DNA from: Phoronis australis
Lineage: Eukaryota; Animalia; Phoronida
NCBI GenBank assembly: GCA_002633005.1
Contig: NMRA01000160.1
Location: forward strand, 689,102-753,101
Length of the DNA: 64,000 nucleotides
Reading direction: 5' to 3'
How positions within the stretch are numbered: the stretch's first letter is position 1; every line of letters begins with the position of its first letter. Shown here piece by piece: positions 48,703 to 62,728 of this stretch. The notes below the pieces were generated by a model. That model was given only the letters and a program-made list of their open reading frames with translations. It was not told where the DNA came from and searched no databases. The position numbers were made by a program, and so were the translations under genes.

Positions 48703-51700
48703 GTTAGTAAATATGCTTGTTGTGTTATGCCACAAGAAAGTAGATTCCTTCTATTAAAATGGTGGAATTGGGGTAGACAATAACTGATGATAGTTTTTTT
48801 ATTTGTCGGACTTGCCTCGTGAGAAATGCTAAAAATTTTACCGTATGTTGCTTGATGACTGCTATACCATACAAAGCAAATTTCCTGAAATGTTGATGTC
48901 GAGAAATTGCAGAAAAGAATGAAATTTCATACTGAAGAAATTTTAAGCTAACTTGTGCTTCCAAGACTTTAAAAATGGTTTCCTGCGACCAAACACGTAT
49001 GTAGGCACACGTTATCCCAGACCAGCCAACATTTGCTGCTCTGTCCTGAACGCTTTGGTGAATGTTCATGATGTTTTGGAGACGTGCTCCTGTGGGATGG
49101 CATGAGCTAATTTTTGGGCAGATCCGTCAACCGGTGTGTCCCATAGTGGCAATTTTAATATTTTTACGTTTTCTTTTGAGTTCCTCGACGGTTTTCGTGA
49201 TAGAAGGCAATGATGCCTTCAGTTTTCAAATTAATTTGTACTCCACCAAGTTATTTTTAGTATTTTTGAGTCAGTATCTACCAAGTTCATTGATGGATCT
49301 TCATGAAATGTGTGTTTATTTAAAATAGCTCATCAAGTTCAACTGATTTGGATTTTGGATCAAATCCGACTACTGGAGGGTCCCATAGCGGCAATTTTGT
49401 TTTTTGTTTTTCTTTGAGTTTGTCTTGATATTTATCGTGTTCCTTGGATGTTCATGAAATGTGGTGAAAGATGCCTTTTTTATGGATTTTGTGTTCTTAG
49501 TTGTCTGCCTCCCTGTCCTCCAAAGAATCATGATGAGAGGTGGCAGGTGGGTTCCTATTGATAGCTGGCCTCAGTTTCATATTATTTTGTCAAGTGATTG
49601 GAAACCAATGTCAAGAACTACAGATTTTGCAGCACTGGTCAAAATTATTTATTTCAAGAGGTGTATCCTACCTAACAATATTTCCAAAAATGTGTTTTGG
49701 GCCCTTTAACCGATTATATCTTGTGAAGATTTTCTCCAGCTGAAAGCCACAATGTCATCATTTCCTTTCTCAGTGACTAGACCTTGTATTACGTAGGTCT
49801 TGTCGCCATTGTCTTACTTGCATGTACAGTGTTGACTTGTGTGTTCTGCAGGTGGTTTCAAGCGTAGCTTAGATGATGATGGCGGCAATGACGGTGGCTC
49901 CATCAAGAGGTTCAAGTCTGGTGAGGGTCCGAACATGGAACTGAGGGTCCTTGTGTTGTCCAAGGTAGGTGAGGTGTTGCGATGACTGCGTCATGTCACA
50001 TTCAGGCTAGAGTACATCAGCAATGCCCTGATCACTCATGGCCCTCGATCCCTTGAAATTGTGGCCGGATATTGGCCCCATTCCCCCTCTCAAAATATTA
50101 TTAAAAATCTCGCAAAATTCCCCTCATAGTTTTAACCTCAGACAACTGTGAAATTGTATTCAAACCCACTAACCGCCAGACACCGGAAACGTCACGAACT
50201 GGTTTCCCTATAAAGTAAGTGCCACGTACAGTTGTGCTAGAACCAGGTTTGCATTATTTCACTCTTGTGAACTGAAGACACAAAACTAAGACAGCTTCCG
50301 TTTGTCTGTGGCTCAAAATGGAGCACAAACAGGTTCTACATGAGAAGATTGTGAAAAGCCATGCGGCGGAGTATAGGACCATACAGGAAGGTGCGTTTTC
50401 ACTGATGAACTTGCTGTGCAGTCTCAGATGTTTGCACAGCTAGCTCATTGGGATTATTCACTGACACTGTGGCCAACATCACTGCCACTGTCAGCTAAGA
50501 CCAGCTAAGCATTGCTCTTCTTGTCTATTCACTGAGGTGGAAGAAGGACTGAACGGTCAAATTTAAGGAAATGTAACGCTATTGTGAGAGATTAAAAAGA
50601 TTGTTTAGCTGAAACCCTTCATTATTGTGCCAGCAAAGCGGGTTCTGTGCTACAAGGTGGAGGTCTGTTCCCTACAAATATTGCTTAACCTAGGCTCATG
50701 CTAGCCGCTTGTCAACTCGCCATGGGCGAATTCTGAGCGGCACTGGCGATGTTAGAGCTAAGTCTAATCGCCAACTTGGCGAATGCTTTCGCAGCTTGAC
50801 AATAAAAATAATTTCGGGAATCCTGCTTGTGTGTCGACTCACCTTCAGCTCATATTAAGTTGTACTGCAAGCTACATTCTTACGATTCCGAGCCCTAAAG
50901 GTAGGAACCAAATGTTCCATTTCATGTCCGTCACTCCCCCTAAAATCACAATTTCATTGCAACGAAATGTTCAGCTGTGTAGGAGGTGCTAGCGCTTCAA
51001 TGGCGATTTCTTGCCTTATAGCGAGATCTCGTGTAGGTGCTGCTCCTTGTCGTCTAGAAGTGACAATGTCAAGACAGCGGCAGCCAGAAGAAAGCAAAGT
51101 GAAGTAAACATCAATTTGTTAGTTAATGAGTTTTACATTTACTACTCTGCACGATTTAGCTTTATTTTGCAGGCCACAAGCTATGTTAATGTTTTTGCAC
51201 CTAAATGTCTTGCTTATCAAAATCCCAACGTGGCTGGTGTACGCGTGCTGTAACCCGGAGAAAGAGGGGAATCCCTGCCCAATTTTTTAGGTCAACATCA
51301 ATGAAATGCACAACGTTGGGATATAAGGAACCTCTGCCCAGTTTTTTAGGTCAACATCATGCCCATGTGGCCAGCATACCGACGCCATAACCCAGGGATT
51401 GGGAGAATTTATTTGGCTTATAATTTTTGAAAATGGCTAAAAGTTTTCAGCTACTTTAGGCATTTTGGCTAATACCTTTAAAAGTCTAGTGCAAGTCTAG
51501 TTAACTAACTTTGTCTTTAAGGTGTTAGTAGTGACATATTTAGTAGATATTGAAAGTTATTTTCATAGATGAATGTTTACTAACAACTTCATTGTTCTGT
51601 GCTTGTGCGAAAATGAACCATTGTCTTGGTGTGCCTTCATAAGCCACACATTGCTAAACAGTAACATATAGGATGTGAACGCTGGAGGCGTAGTTACGAT

Positions 51701-54700
51701 GATGAATCAGCTAGGTGGCAACAGGTTGTCTTCACTGGCTCTTGTACAAGTAAATGGTGATTGTAACAGTGAATTACTGTATATCGTTTCACTTAAAGTT
51801 GGTACTTGCTTATTTGTGAAAGCATAAAAGCATCACAAAAAATTCCCCTCNACCATTTCACTACTAACTTTCACATGGTCAAAAATAGAATTGTTTTATT
51901 CTTGGTCTTGCTACAACACCAATATCAGCTGGTACATCACTCTCGATTGCCCGGTTACGTAATGCTTGTTGACAGGGTTAGATTAGAGCTAGTGTCCTTG
52001 TACATAAGCTCCGCCCCAGTTGTCAATCACTGAGCTGGTGAGCACTCAAGCCGTATGACTTACTGAGGCTTGGTCAAATATAGCTAAAAAAACAACTTTG
52101 GATTTTCAGAATGATTATATTTTTCTTCAGTATACTGTGCATAAAGAATTAAAGATTAGGATGATATGAAAATGTAAAAAACAGTAAAAATTAATTTTTT
52201 TGTGTATCCACCTACCTTAAGGTTATGTTGGACACTAGAAAAAGGTCCAAATTTGGCCAACTTTGGAATATCGTATCTCAGAAATGGCCGAACAGATTCC
52301 TATGTAACTTTCAAGAACTTTGCTTCGTGCATTGGTCTTCAAAATGCTTTTGGAGATTGTTTTTAAAATGTCCCGCTTTCGCCTGAGGTGCAAAAAAGTG
52401 GGTCTTTCACGACTGCTCTTGGAAAAAAATCGAAAGTTGCATAAAACGTAAATAAAATGATAATTTAGACAAGTGAAGCATTGATTTGGAGATTTCATTT
52501 TGAACATTTATGTGAAACGAAGTTTGATCATCTTGTCTATACAGTTGTTTTAATGTCAGTGTCTGTTTATGTTTTGCTAAAAGTTGCTGAAAAGACATGA
52601 TCACATGACGCAAATGACGTGTTAAAAAATCCAATTCTACAGTCTTCCTACTTTCAGAAAATATATAATTCTGACTAGTTAAAATCTATATAGTTTTGTT
52701 GATATTTGGTTAAATAAACCGACTTGTCAATAACGTCTTATGTAACCTTACCTTGCCCCATTGAAATACCTGAAAAGATAAAATGCACCATTGTGTATAT
52801 GGAACGAGATAAACAAAACTAAACCTGGTTCTCTCACTTTGTGAAAAATCTGAGCAGTGATAAGAAATGATTTCCTTGTTTGGAAAAAAGCTGTGAAATG
52901 AAATAATGCAATTGGTGTTGGAACCATGTTATATACCAATTGACAGCAGAAGTTGGTGTTCAGTGTGAGTAATTTGTGAGCCTGTTCTGAGTTTTAATGA
53001 TCTCTTCTTCAGAATGCTGGAGCTATCATTGGCAAGGGTGGCACCAACATCAAACGACTGAGGAGTGAGGTAGGTATTTTGGTGGTCAGATGTTACTTTT
53101 GAGCAACTTTTTTTTTGGAAAGTGCTTTGGCACCAATCTCGTTTACATTTCAACAGTACATAGATGTACCATTCTATTAAAGACAGTGTTGTAATATAAT
53201 GTTGTTTACATCTTGTAACTTATGAACATGGTTGTGGTCAAGCGACACTCTGATCGTCATGGTGACCACTGGCAAGAAGTTTTGTCGCGAGACCAATTAG
53301 AATGTCCAAAATAGATGAAAATTGCCACTTATTCATCAAACCTCTGTCATCCTCGTATGGTATATTTAATGTGTCATTACTTGTATTTTAAACTCTTGGG
53401 AGTGCTTCCTGCCATTGCAGATACAGTTGACCTGGTAAAAGGGCAGATTCAGTTTCATGATTACTTTGGTTAAGAGTACTTCGCTGAATTTGGGCACGTC
53501 ATTGTCAATATATCACTTTTTTCAAAGTCTAGCTGAACTTGCCGTTTGAGTAATATTGCATAGCTGATATGTTGCCTGTCCAACTTTGTCAAAATTGTGT
53601 TCTCAAACAAAAAAACCTGCCAAGCCAGACTTACCAACTTATGGTTATTTTTCTTGTATTGCCACAGTTAAGGACTGCATACACATGGCATAATCAAATG
53701 CATCTTATTGGTATTGTTACAGCTGACTGTTAAGGAGTAAAATCAGCAATTTGCTACATGGTTCCAGGTCGTCGTGGAAAGCCCGCAAATTGACAAAAAG
53801 TAGTTTCCAAGCATGGATGACTCATCGAAAGTGATGGGAGCAAAATCTTGTCGAAAACTTGCCAAAATTTTTAATACCTAGAATAAAAGCCACTCATTTT
53901 GTCGAATCCGGAAACCAGTTGTTAGACATTTTGTCTACGTTTTTGCAAAAAATGGAAATGCAAGGTGTCATTCACGGTTAACAGCTCTTCGTTGTGTTCA
54001 TGTAGGTTTTTGCCCGTTGCTTTAACAAAGAGAACAGAAATTCTAATATCACATCCGTCAACATGGACAAATGAGCATTGTCGGGCCATTGACCTTGTTG
54101 TGGATAGTGCGAAACCTACACACTCATACACAGTGCTGTGGGATAATGGTTGGCCAGAGCAACATATCGTTTAGACCCAGATATACGAAGTGTACACAAC
54201 TCTTCAGTTTTGTAGCATTTAAAGAGCCTGAAGTTAAGTTTTTGGAGACGTGAGTAGATATGTAGCATCTATCCAATATCAAAAGTTGACTTACTGAGTA
54301 CGCACTTGCCTCCGTCGCACGTCCTTCATTCTGGATCAGAGGACTCGTGTCCCACAAAGTTTAAGCTCTGTGATACGTGCGCGTCGGTTTTTCGCCATAT
54401 GTAAAAGGTCAGTTAAAACATCCAGTGCAATCCATCAGTCAAATTGGGACTCTCTCGCCGGGAACCATGTGGCAGCCAAAACATCCAAGAAACACCGGTT
54501 TCGATGGGATTATCACTTAAATCTACCTGCCAATGTATGAATAAATTCAATAGTAAAATCTACCCGCCAAGTTCTCTTCCTACAGAATGCAATGGAGTCC
54601 AGAGCTGATTTTATGCCACTATTTGTTACTTTGTATTTTGGCCTCACAGGCTCTTGTTGTTGTCCAATGTCTCATGCATATATATATATGTCTCTCTCTC

Positions 54701-57700
54701 CACTCGTTATGCCCTGGCCTCTCTCCTGCCCAAACACTCACACTGCCCATTCGAATATGACGACTTGCCCCGATTGGCCCGTTGATTGTTGGCCCCGCCC
54801 ACCGCCATTCTGCAGTACACGCCAAGTGTCATGGTTCCTGACAGTTTAGGCCCAGAACGGTATGATATATGGTATACGTATTACAACTTTACTGTTGTGC
54901 CCAGAGCCTGGCTGGCCCTCTGCCGACACTTTGAAATGGTTCACCTCCTTGGCTAGGGCTTATGTTTCATCATTATAGTAATTTGAATTTTTAAATGTCC
55001 GTATGATTGGCCTTTCTTGAGAAAACCTCAGTAAAGGTTTTCTGTTTAGGGTTTTGTTACGCTCATGGGTTTTCTTTTTGTGATTTGTTGAATTGAATTT
55101 CGTTAAACTTTTTACAAATGATTCAAAATATATCCGTAATCTTAATCTTATTTACTTTTCACTGATAGTTTTGACTGTGATTGCAGTTTTTGAGCATCTA
55201 CCTGAATATGACCAAGGTGTGTTTTATTCTGTACCAGTTGTTCCTGTCACGATGTGTCTGGTGTTGCCTTGAGCTCACTGTCTCTCTTGAATCTTTTCAG
55301 GATCTTGTCCATGACTGCTCCGGTGGGTACTATCTGTGCATGTATGAGGGACATCATACCGACTTTGGAAGATGTAAGTTGGGGATTCATGTTTAGGCTC
55401 AGTGGTGCAGTCCACGACCCTAGCTGCTGGCAAAACTGCTACGGTGATAAATTATGGCTTATAGAATGGACGAAGTGAGTTTGCTCCTGTACCTCAACAT
55501 TCCGGCCAATCTGTCCTAAGAATTCAGTGGTGACTACGCTAATGCTATTGTGAGCTTACTCATAATACACTAGCCTCTCTCTGATGTAGTCTTGGGTGGT
55601 CTTGCAAAACTGACTTCATTGTTTTCTGTGTGGGTAAAAATCTTTTGGCGGCCCGCCATACTCCTTTTTGGACCCACCACTCGTAAATCATTCCCAGATT
55701 GTCCACCACACGCCTAATTGTGACGGAAAACTTCACCGCCAGGCAAAAATCACTTGTAAAAATTATCACCTGTAAAAATTATCGCCAGTAATAATGAATT
55801 CGGCAAGTCACACGGCTACTCTCGCCATTTGTGGATCAAATGCGAAAAATAGTAACGTAACAATCATTTTATCTCCTTCATCACTTGGTCATTGACATTC
55901 TCCTATGCCTGGTTATCTGACAATGCACAGCAATTGAATACAGTCGGATACCAGGCAACGACCTTGACACTAGATTTCTAAAATGGCAAAGTGCCAAGGC
56001 TTATGAAGTGGATGGAGAAACTGCAAGCTTTATTCATTTTATTGTGTCTGCGTTTACAGCAATGTGAACTATATTGCACAAGACATTCAACAGTTTAATG
56101 AACCATAGCCCAGTGCCCATATGGTGATATTGAATGGAAACCAGTCTCAGATTCGTCTGCATGGACTGGATGATACATTGTCTGCTGTACCCAGGATGGC
56201 GGCTAATGCCAGTTTAACTGATTTATGTTGAGCAAGACGATATCAATGGAAGTTTCAATATACAGATTAGTTAATAACGCCTAAAAAGTTCAATTCTTTT
56301 GGTTCTGAGTACGTCACATCATGGATGAGGCTCGTTTTATAATACTGTCTATGATCAGTATACTTTTAGATTGCACCAGATTGCATCTAGTTTTTCAAAT
56401 TTTTCGTGGGAAAGGTCTCCCACCACCAACCCAACAGGAGGATCTCTTTTCCCGTGCTTGCATTCGGCGCCGCGTTTCGAATCGCTTCAACCATTCATCA
56501 CCTCACTCCTTTCAAAACCCAGGCAATAGGGGGCTCCCCCTTCCCATACTCGTGTGCAGCACCGGGCTTTGCATCCAGTTTTGGCCATTCACCACCGCGT
56601 TCCTTTCAAAGTCCAGGGGAAACACTGTGGTTTGAAGCTTGTGTTATGGTGAGCTCCCCTGGTCAAGGTAGTTTTGTATGGTTACTACCACAAGCTCAAA
56701 AGTCTACAAGGTGTAATAACAGATTCAGTTTGGGATGGTTTTAACTTGCCTAAAATTACACCCGATACATCTCCATTCAGACATGTTGCATTCATTACAA
56801 CTTATGTCTGATTTTGAATTGTATTTCTCGTATGACTGTTAAAGCAACATGGGACTAGACGGTGAAATACTCAAATATGCCTACGTGATAGTCACACAAA
56901 CTAAGCGTGTGGTGTGCACACAATCTCCACTTAGTGATCTGGTTAAATTGAAGACATTTGCACTAAACATCTGAGGAGTTTTACTGTGACGGTCAATTCC
57001 ACATATATTCAGTGGTCATAGCGGGGAGTTTGCTTTCAGAAGTCACGGCTCCGAAAGGCAGATCATTTTATTTATTTTCTTTTGGCTTACACTGTACCAT
57101 CCTTAGTATCGAGGGCGTTGTTTCCCGTGGTGTCGTTATCTTCACACGGCTTTCTGACGATTTCGTCTAGTGTCGCTCAGCAACAGCGCTTTCATTTTTG
57201 ATGAGTTGCAGCTGGTGAACATGTAATTGTAAGCTACACCTGTTCTATCTGTTGACAGTACCAGCAGTACAGTGGCCGAGATGACTTTGACTGTGAAGTG
57301 CGTATTCTGTTCCATCACAGTCTGGCTGGAGGCATCATTGGAAGGGCTGGCTTCAAGATCAAGGAACTCCGAGAGGTAAGTGCCGGGAGTGTTTAACTCT
57401 GACGGATTTACATATATCAGGGCTTGGAATTTTCCGCGGAAACGCGGATTTCCGCTTTTTTGAAATGTGCTTTCCGCTTTTTTTATAATATTTCCGTGTA
57501 AAAAAATCAGATTTGATATGAAATTTCCGCGGCAAAATTCCTTTCTTACCGCGGCGTTGCAGACGACGTTCACCTCGGAAAGCGGAAGTCTTTATGTTTC
57601 GGAGGAACGTAAATTGTCAACATTGCCGGGGCATCTGGGTAAAGCGTGGTCTGATTTTCAATGGCGGCTCGTGTTATTGTTAAGCGCGGCGACAAATACT

Positions 57701-60700
57701 ACCGCTCTGCAGCCAAAGTTGTGTGGGTTGGGAGTGGACGGGCGAGCGAAAAGGACGCAGACGCATGCTACTGATGGTGGTAACTTTTTTTTTTTTTTTT
57801 TAGTCCCGATTTTTGTCGCGGAAAGGTTCACATTGACCATTTCAAAGGCTAGTTATCGGGCATGATTTGGGCCGTAAAAGTTTCCGCGTTTTTTGTCATT
57901 GGTCATTCCAAGCCCTGATATATTCTAGCAACTCTTGGAGTCTAAAAACTACTCGTTACCAGTTATAAAATGTTGCGAAGTTCGTGCACGTGCTTCTCTC
58001 TGAAGTGCCAGAAAATGTTGGTATTAGAACACAAGGTCTGACCTGTTAGATGCAGCCTTGAGTGCTGATGTGTAATGTAGCTCGCACATGCTTAATCTCT
58101 CGTCTGTGATTGGTTAGTTTTTGAATGACTGATGAAAATGCACTTGTTTGACTTTGCATTGTGGGATATCATCTGCTTTGAAAATTGCGTCAAGATGTAG
58201 AGAGCAGAATTTCGGAAATGAATATTCTACGGAGTTAGAATACATTTCAATAAAGAGGGACATTATTTTCCATGTTTTATTACACTCACCTAAAGCACTG
58301 TGGGTGCTCAGAACTTCTGGAATTACACTGAGGTGTCGAGACTTGCTGAGCCTGGTCTGGTGGGGAGAAATCAACCATGCTGACCGCAAAACGTTGTCGG
58401 GATGAGCTGAGTATTTATGGCACTTTGAACATGATGTGAAAATTGTTTTTTTGTTTGTATCATGTCATCTCTGGATAAAAAATGAACTTTTTTAATGTAC
58501 TGGAAGTTTTTACTTGCAAAATGTAGATTTTCAGCATGAAGGTTTGTGTTCTTATTTTGTTGGCAGTCCTGAGTATTGTTGCGTAACTCCGGTGTTGTGT
58601 GATAGTAATAGCTTGAATTTAATTGTTGACAATCTTCTTTTAATTCTCAGCAAACAAAAACGAACATCAAAGTGTTTCAAAGCAAATGTCCGGGATCAAC
58701 AGATAGAGTCTGCGCCGTACAAGGGAAGCTGGACAACGTCATTGATGCAATCGGCCTGATCTTTGACACAATTAAAGATGTAAGTTGCATTTGTTTGCAC
58801 TAACTGTGAAATGACACTCAATCTGCAGCAATAGTGCATTTTGGCATGTACACTGCTCAATCCAGGAAGGTTTCCAGATCTACAACTTTGATCTTCAGAA
58901 TATTGAAATTTCAAGTCAAGTTTTGGTCGCCTAGCCTTGTGTACCTTTGGGACATTGATATTCTCTGTTGAAAATGTTGGAGAAGTGTCCGTTTTTTTAA
59001 ATTTTGATTTGATGTTATTTAATTTAAATGGTAAATTCCATGTCACATTTGGAAAAATTCCTCTTGTCACAGATTGTGTACAACTTTCAATTTTTCGACT
59101 AATGAGCAATTTACAACTTTATTGAAGTTGGGTGCTCCGGCATTACTATGATGTTGGCATCCTTCAAGGCTAAATTGCCAAAAAAACATTGTCTGTTGGA
59201 ATTTTTTTCGTATTCAAAGAAATATACGGTATTACCTTTAAAACACAGTCACAAGTCAGCAGCAACTGTTTACTGACCAAATATTGACTGCTAAAGATCT
59301 CTCTGCCTTAATAAGAGCATTGGGAAACATTGACATTGAGTTCGTAGAAGCTGACATGTATCAGAAGGACGTGGAATTGCTTTTCTGTGTTAGTTATACT
59401 TGTTATCATGCCTAGCGCATGCAATGGGGAGCCAGGTCAAGCCAAATTAGTGAGCCAGGTCTCAAGCAATTCTTAAAGAGACCATGAATCACTTGTAATC
59501 CGTTAGAAGTTGAGACCGGTGTTAAAAGGGCTTTCAGTAAAATCATACCAATTTGGGACAGACGTAATTACCAAAATTAATTTAGTTATTTTGTTTTTCG
59601 ATGTCTCCTGACATTTTTGTGAATATCCATAATTTTTCAAAACATATTTCTGATGGTAGCTATGGGTGCTACATATCTTAATGAGGAACTAAGAAAATAA
59701 AATTTTACTTGTCCGTCACATTGTGACGAAGAATTGCTTTGTTGACAGAAGGCTGGTGCACGACACCTTTATATGTCCGTTTCCGATACCTTTGTTTGTA
59801 TCGTTTCAGTCACCGGTTAAAGGGCAAGAAGCTAAGTACGTTCCTGGAGATGACTTTGAAGACGCGGAAAGTTACGGAGGTTTCACGTTCGAGGATATGG
59901 CCCGTGGTGGTCGAGGTGGCCGAGGTGGCGGACGAGGGCGTGGGGGCCGTGGTGGTCCAAGGTACGATAACTCACTGATGGGTGACTTTGAAAGCGGTAT
60001 GAAATAGGCCTTCTGTCCAAAAACCAACTTGTGATTTAGACCACTTAACAGTATGAAGTTAGTCTGCCATTGTTCTGGGTTTGGAAGATCAGGCAGCTCG
60101 TCGCTGCTCTAGACTAGGCTCAAAAAGTACCCTTGATCTGGTGCGTGTGCCCAGCGTGGCCTCACGCAAAAATGCAAAACGCATTGTCAGTTGTTCCCTA
60201 AGCAGAAGATTCACTTCTGAACAATTACAGAAAGTTGCCTTGGTCGAAAGTTGGAATTCTTTTGTAATCTTTTTAAGAGAAGGAAGGCTCGTGGTTGCTT
60301 TGAATGGGGAGGTATGTACGACTATGCTGAATACACCCACTTGTTAACACGCTTGCGTAATCCAGTTGTTCAAGCAACAGTGTTCATATTGCTACAGCAA
60401 TTTAAAAATTAATAATTTTGTAAGCTTGTCGGTTAGTGATGGCCAATGTCGTGTGTAAGGTGGTCACAAAGTGAAGGTGATGTGACTAGCTGTTTGTCAA
60501 CTGAAATACACAAATGTTGAAAATAAGACGTTTGACTAAAAAAAGCAAAGTTAGTTCTAAACGTTTTTTTTTTAAATTGAGTCAGCAGTGCAGTTTTCTT
60601 TTTTGTTGCTCAGTTTTTCAAAAAAGATGATCCACCTGAAATGAGCAAAAATGATGCAGGTTTTTGTACTCATGGTTTGGCCAATCGCGTTGTGTCACGC

Positions 60701-62728
60701 CTTGTCCATCCTTTCTTGCCTTGGTAAAGCTTGTANACTCATGGTTTGGCCAATCGCGTTGTGTCACGCCTTGTCCATCCTTTCTTGCCTTGGTAAAGTT
60801 TGTATAAAGAAATGAGACCTTTTGTGAAGTTAATGCGGCGGTTTTTTTTTTAGTCCATGATTGCAGGTCTGGGAATGAGTCGGGATGAAGACCAGAAGCA
60901 GCATTGCTTTTTTGGCCTAGTTGGACTGTTACCGAGATGATTTATAGATACAAAAATGATTACGGGTGAACTGCTTTGCGGTTTGCTAAGCAACAACTTG
61001 GACGCATACCTTGCAGCTATGGGGAAAGATCGGCTGCCTCAAGACACTGGGTCCCTTCTATTTGATGAGTGTTTTAACTGAGTGTTGCTGCTATCTCTCG
61101 GTAGGGAAACAAGTAGTTGTGGTATTGCAGGTGATGAGCAGTGTTGAGTGACATTATTCTAGCAAGTTTAGTATTCTTATAATTGTTGAATTAGGTTGAA
61201 GGTGTTGCATTTCAGAGGAGGCTTTGGAGGTGGTGGCGGTGGATTCCGTGATGGCGGTATGAGAGGGGGTCGATTTGGAGGTGGTGGTGCCGGTGGTCGA
61301 GGACGTATGAACGACAGCTTTGGTGGCGGTTTCGGCGGAGGTCGCCAAGACAGGTGAGCTGCTCCTCTTGTCTTGTCGGAAAACACTGTCACATGCTAGT
61401 GTATGTGTTAATAAATAATAACACCTGTGAAGCTAATGGTAAACATTTTTCTTGTAATTGTACAATACATTACAATATTACATCGGAGACCACCTGTACA
61501 AACGAATGTTAGCCATGGCTTGGTAGTTTCCATGAGGGACTAGCGTGCATCCACAAGTAGTCGAGAGACTCTCATTGGCTCGTGCGTATTACGCGAGAGC
61601 TTTAGCTTGTAAAGGAATGGCAACTTTTTCGACATGAAAAAGCAACGTGCCAAAACAGTGTCAGTCTCTCTGATGTGCTTCTTGATTTAATTTGTTGGGA
61701 TACTTGAAATTCAATTTATACCACTGCTTGTAGGCTTTTTGTTGTCAAAACTGTTGGGTAAAGGGCAAATGGTACAGTTTTAAAACTAAGAGTATAATTA
61801 TAAATGTAGGAATGTGCAATACTGGTAGAATTTTTTGCCTTGTGGTAGTGGGTGGTCGTCTAAATAGCATTGAGGATGGGCACTGACTGGTTTTTCTTTA
61901 TTTTCTAGATTTGGAGGTGGAAACCGTGGTTCGGGAGGCCGTGACTTTGGCGGCGGCGGCGGCATGAGAGGAGGCGGATTTGATGGAGGATTCCAGTCAA
62001 ACTTTGCCAGTGATTCTGGAATGGTGAGTTCAGAAACACTAGAAGCAATGTGTAGTTGTGGTTGCTGACATCATGTTGATTACTGCGACATGAAAACTTT
62101 TCCGTTCACCGTGGTCGCCATTCACCAGTTTCAACCAAATCATTTTGGCCCTCCTTTCAATATTCTTGTCCCGTCGACTGATAATTTCCACCTTTATGAA
62201 CATGAACTGACATCAATGTAGCTTTGAGCTTGAGCAAACTAAGTGTTGCTGTTGTTACCAGGATTTCCTGTTGATGAGCCCATGGGCGTGTATTCGGAAA
62301 ATGAAAATTTTCAGGCGTTTTATTTGCACCAAATAAACCCTCAGGCGTAGAAAAGGAGGCTTGGAAATGGAAAGTCATACTTTTGCTTAATTTGACATTT
62401 TTTTACTTGAAACTGTTTTGAAATTTTATGTTAAATTCATAGTAATTTTTCTGAATTTGTGACTGAACGTTGACTGGGAGAGGGCTTTTAAGAGGAAATT
62501 CTCTGAATAAATACCCCCATTATCTGGACGTTTGACACCAGAAGTTGTAGCATAAACGCCAGTGGCCGTTTCATCGGGTGGGCTTATCTACGGAAAACCC
62601 CGGTAACTTTTAAGCCACACATAACAGCAATTTGGTAACTGCACAGCTTTAATTGTGTGTGTTTCCAGGGAGACAGCCAGGGCATGATGTTCCAACAGTT
62701 GAAGGACCAAGTTACCATTCCCACAGAT
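48675..62728 (+). CDS. HNRNPK: hnRNP K-like gene, copy 2 (spliced; KH3 core and last exon beyond window end)
   Basis: Exons 48675-48702, 49852-49964, 53013-53069, 54816-54859, 55301-55373, 57259-57375, 58651-58779, 59810-59961, 61216-61353, 61909-62023, 62669-62728 are all GT-AG, in frame and colinear with copy 1. Confidence 0.95.
49852..49964 (+). CDS. HNRNPK: copy 2 exon: NLS and start of KH1
   Basis: [37 protein letters not shown], ag/gt flanked. Confidence 0.93.
53013..53069 (+). CDS. HNRNPK: copy 2 exon: KH1 GXXG loop
   Basis: [19 protein letters not shown], ag/gt flanked. Confidence 0.95.
54816..54859 (+). CDS. HNRNPK: copy 2 exon: KH1 variable loop
   Basis: [15 protein letters not shown], ag/gt flanked. 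Confidence 0.92.
55301..55373 (+). CDS. HNRNPK: copy 2 exon: end of KH1
   Basis: [24 protein letters not shown], ag/gt flanked. Confidence 0.93.
57259..57375 (+). CDS. HNRNPK: copy 2 exon: KH2 N-terminal half
   Basis: [39 protein letters not shown], ag/gt flanked. Confidence 0.95.
57418..57917. mobile_element. ~500-bp hAT-like MITE, 6-bp TSD
   Basis: cagggcttggaat / attccaagccctg; atatat duplicated; absent at the homologous site of copy 1 (~18165). Confidence 0.82.
58651..58779 (+). CDS. HNRNPK: copy 2 exon: KH2 C-terminal half
   Basis: [43 protein letters not shown], ag/gt flanked. Confidence 0.95.
59810..59961 (+). CDS. HNRNPK: copy 2 exon: linker and RGG
   Basis: [51 protein letters not shown]; retains the hnRNP K YGGF motif. 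Confidence 0.93.
61216..61353 (+). CDS. HNRNPK: copy 2 exon: RGG/FGG region
   Basis: 138 nt, near-identical to 26357-26494; donor gtgagc. Confidence 0.9.
61909..62023 (+). CDS. HNRNPK: copy 2 exon: Gly-rich region
   Basis: [38 protein letters not shown], ag/gt flanked. Confidence 0.9.
62254..62607. mobile_element. MITE-like insertion specific to copy 2
   Basis: Imperfect TIR gttaccaggatttcc / ggaaaaccccggtaac; absent at copy 1 ~27325. Confidence 0.6.
62669..62728 (+). CDS. HNRNPK: copy 2 exon: start of KH3
   Basis: [20 protein letters not shown], ag/gt flanked. Confidence 0.9.

Noticed and set aside
60668-60804. ~68-bp direct repeat
   Set aside because: Flanks a single n at 60736; most likely a contig-overlap artefact
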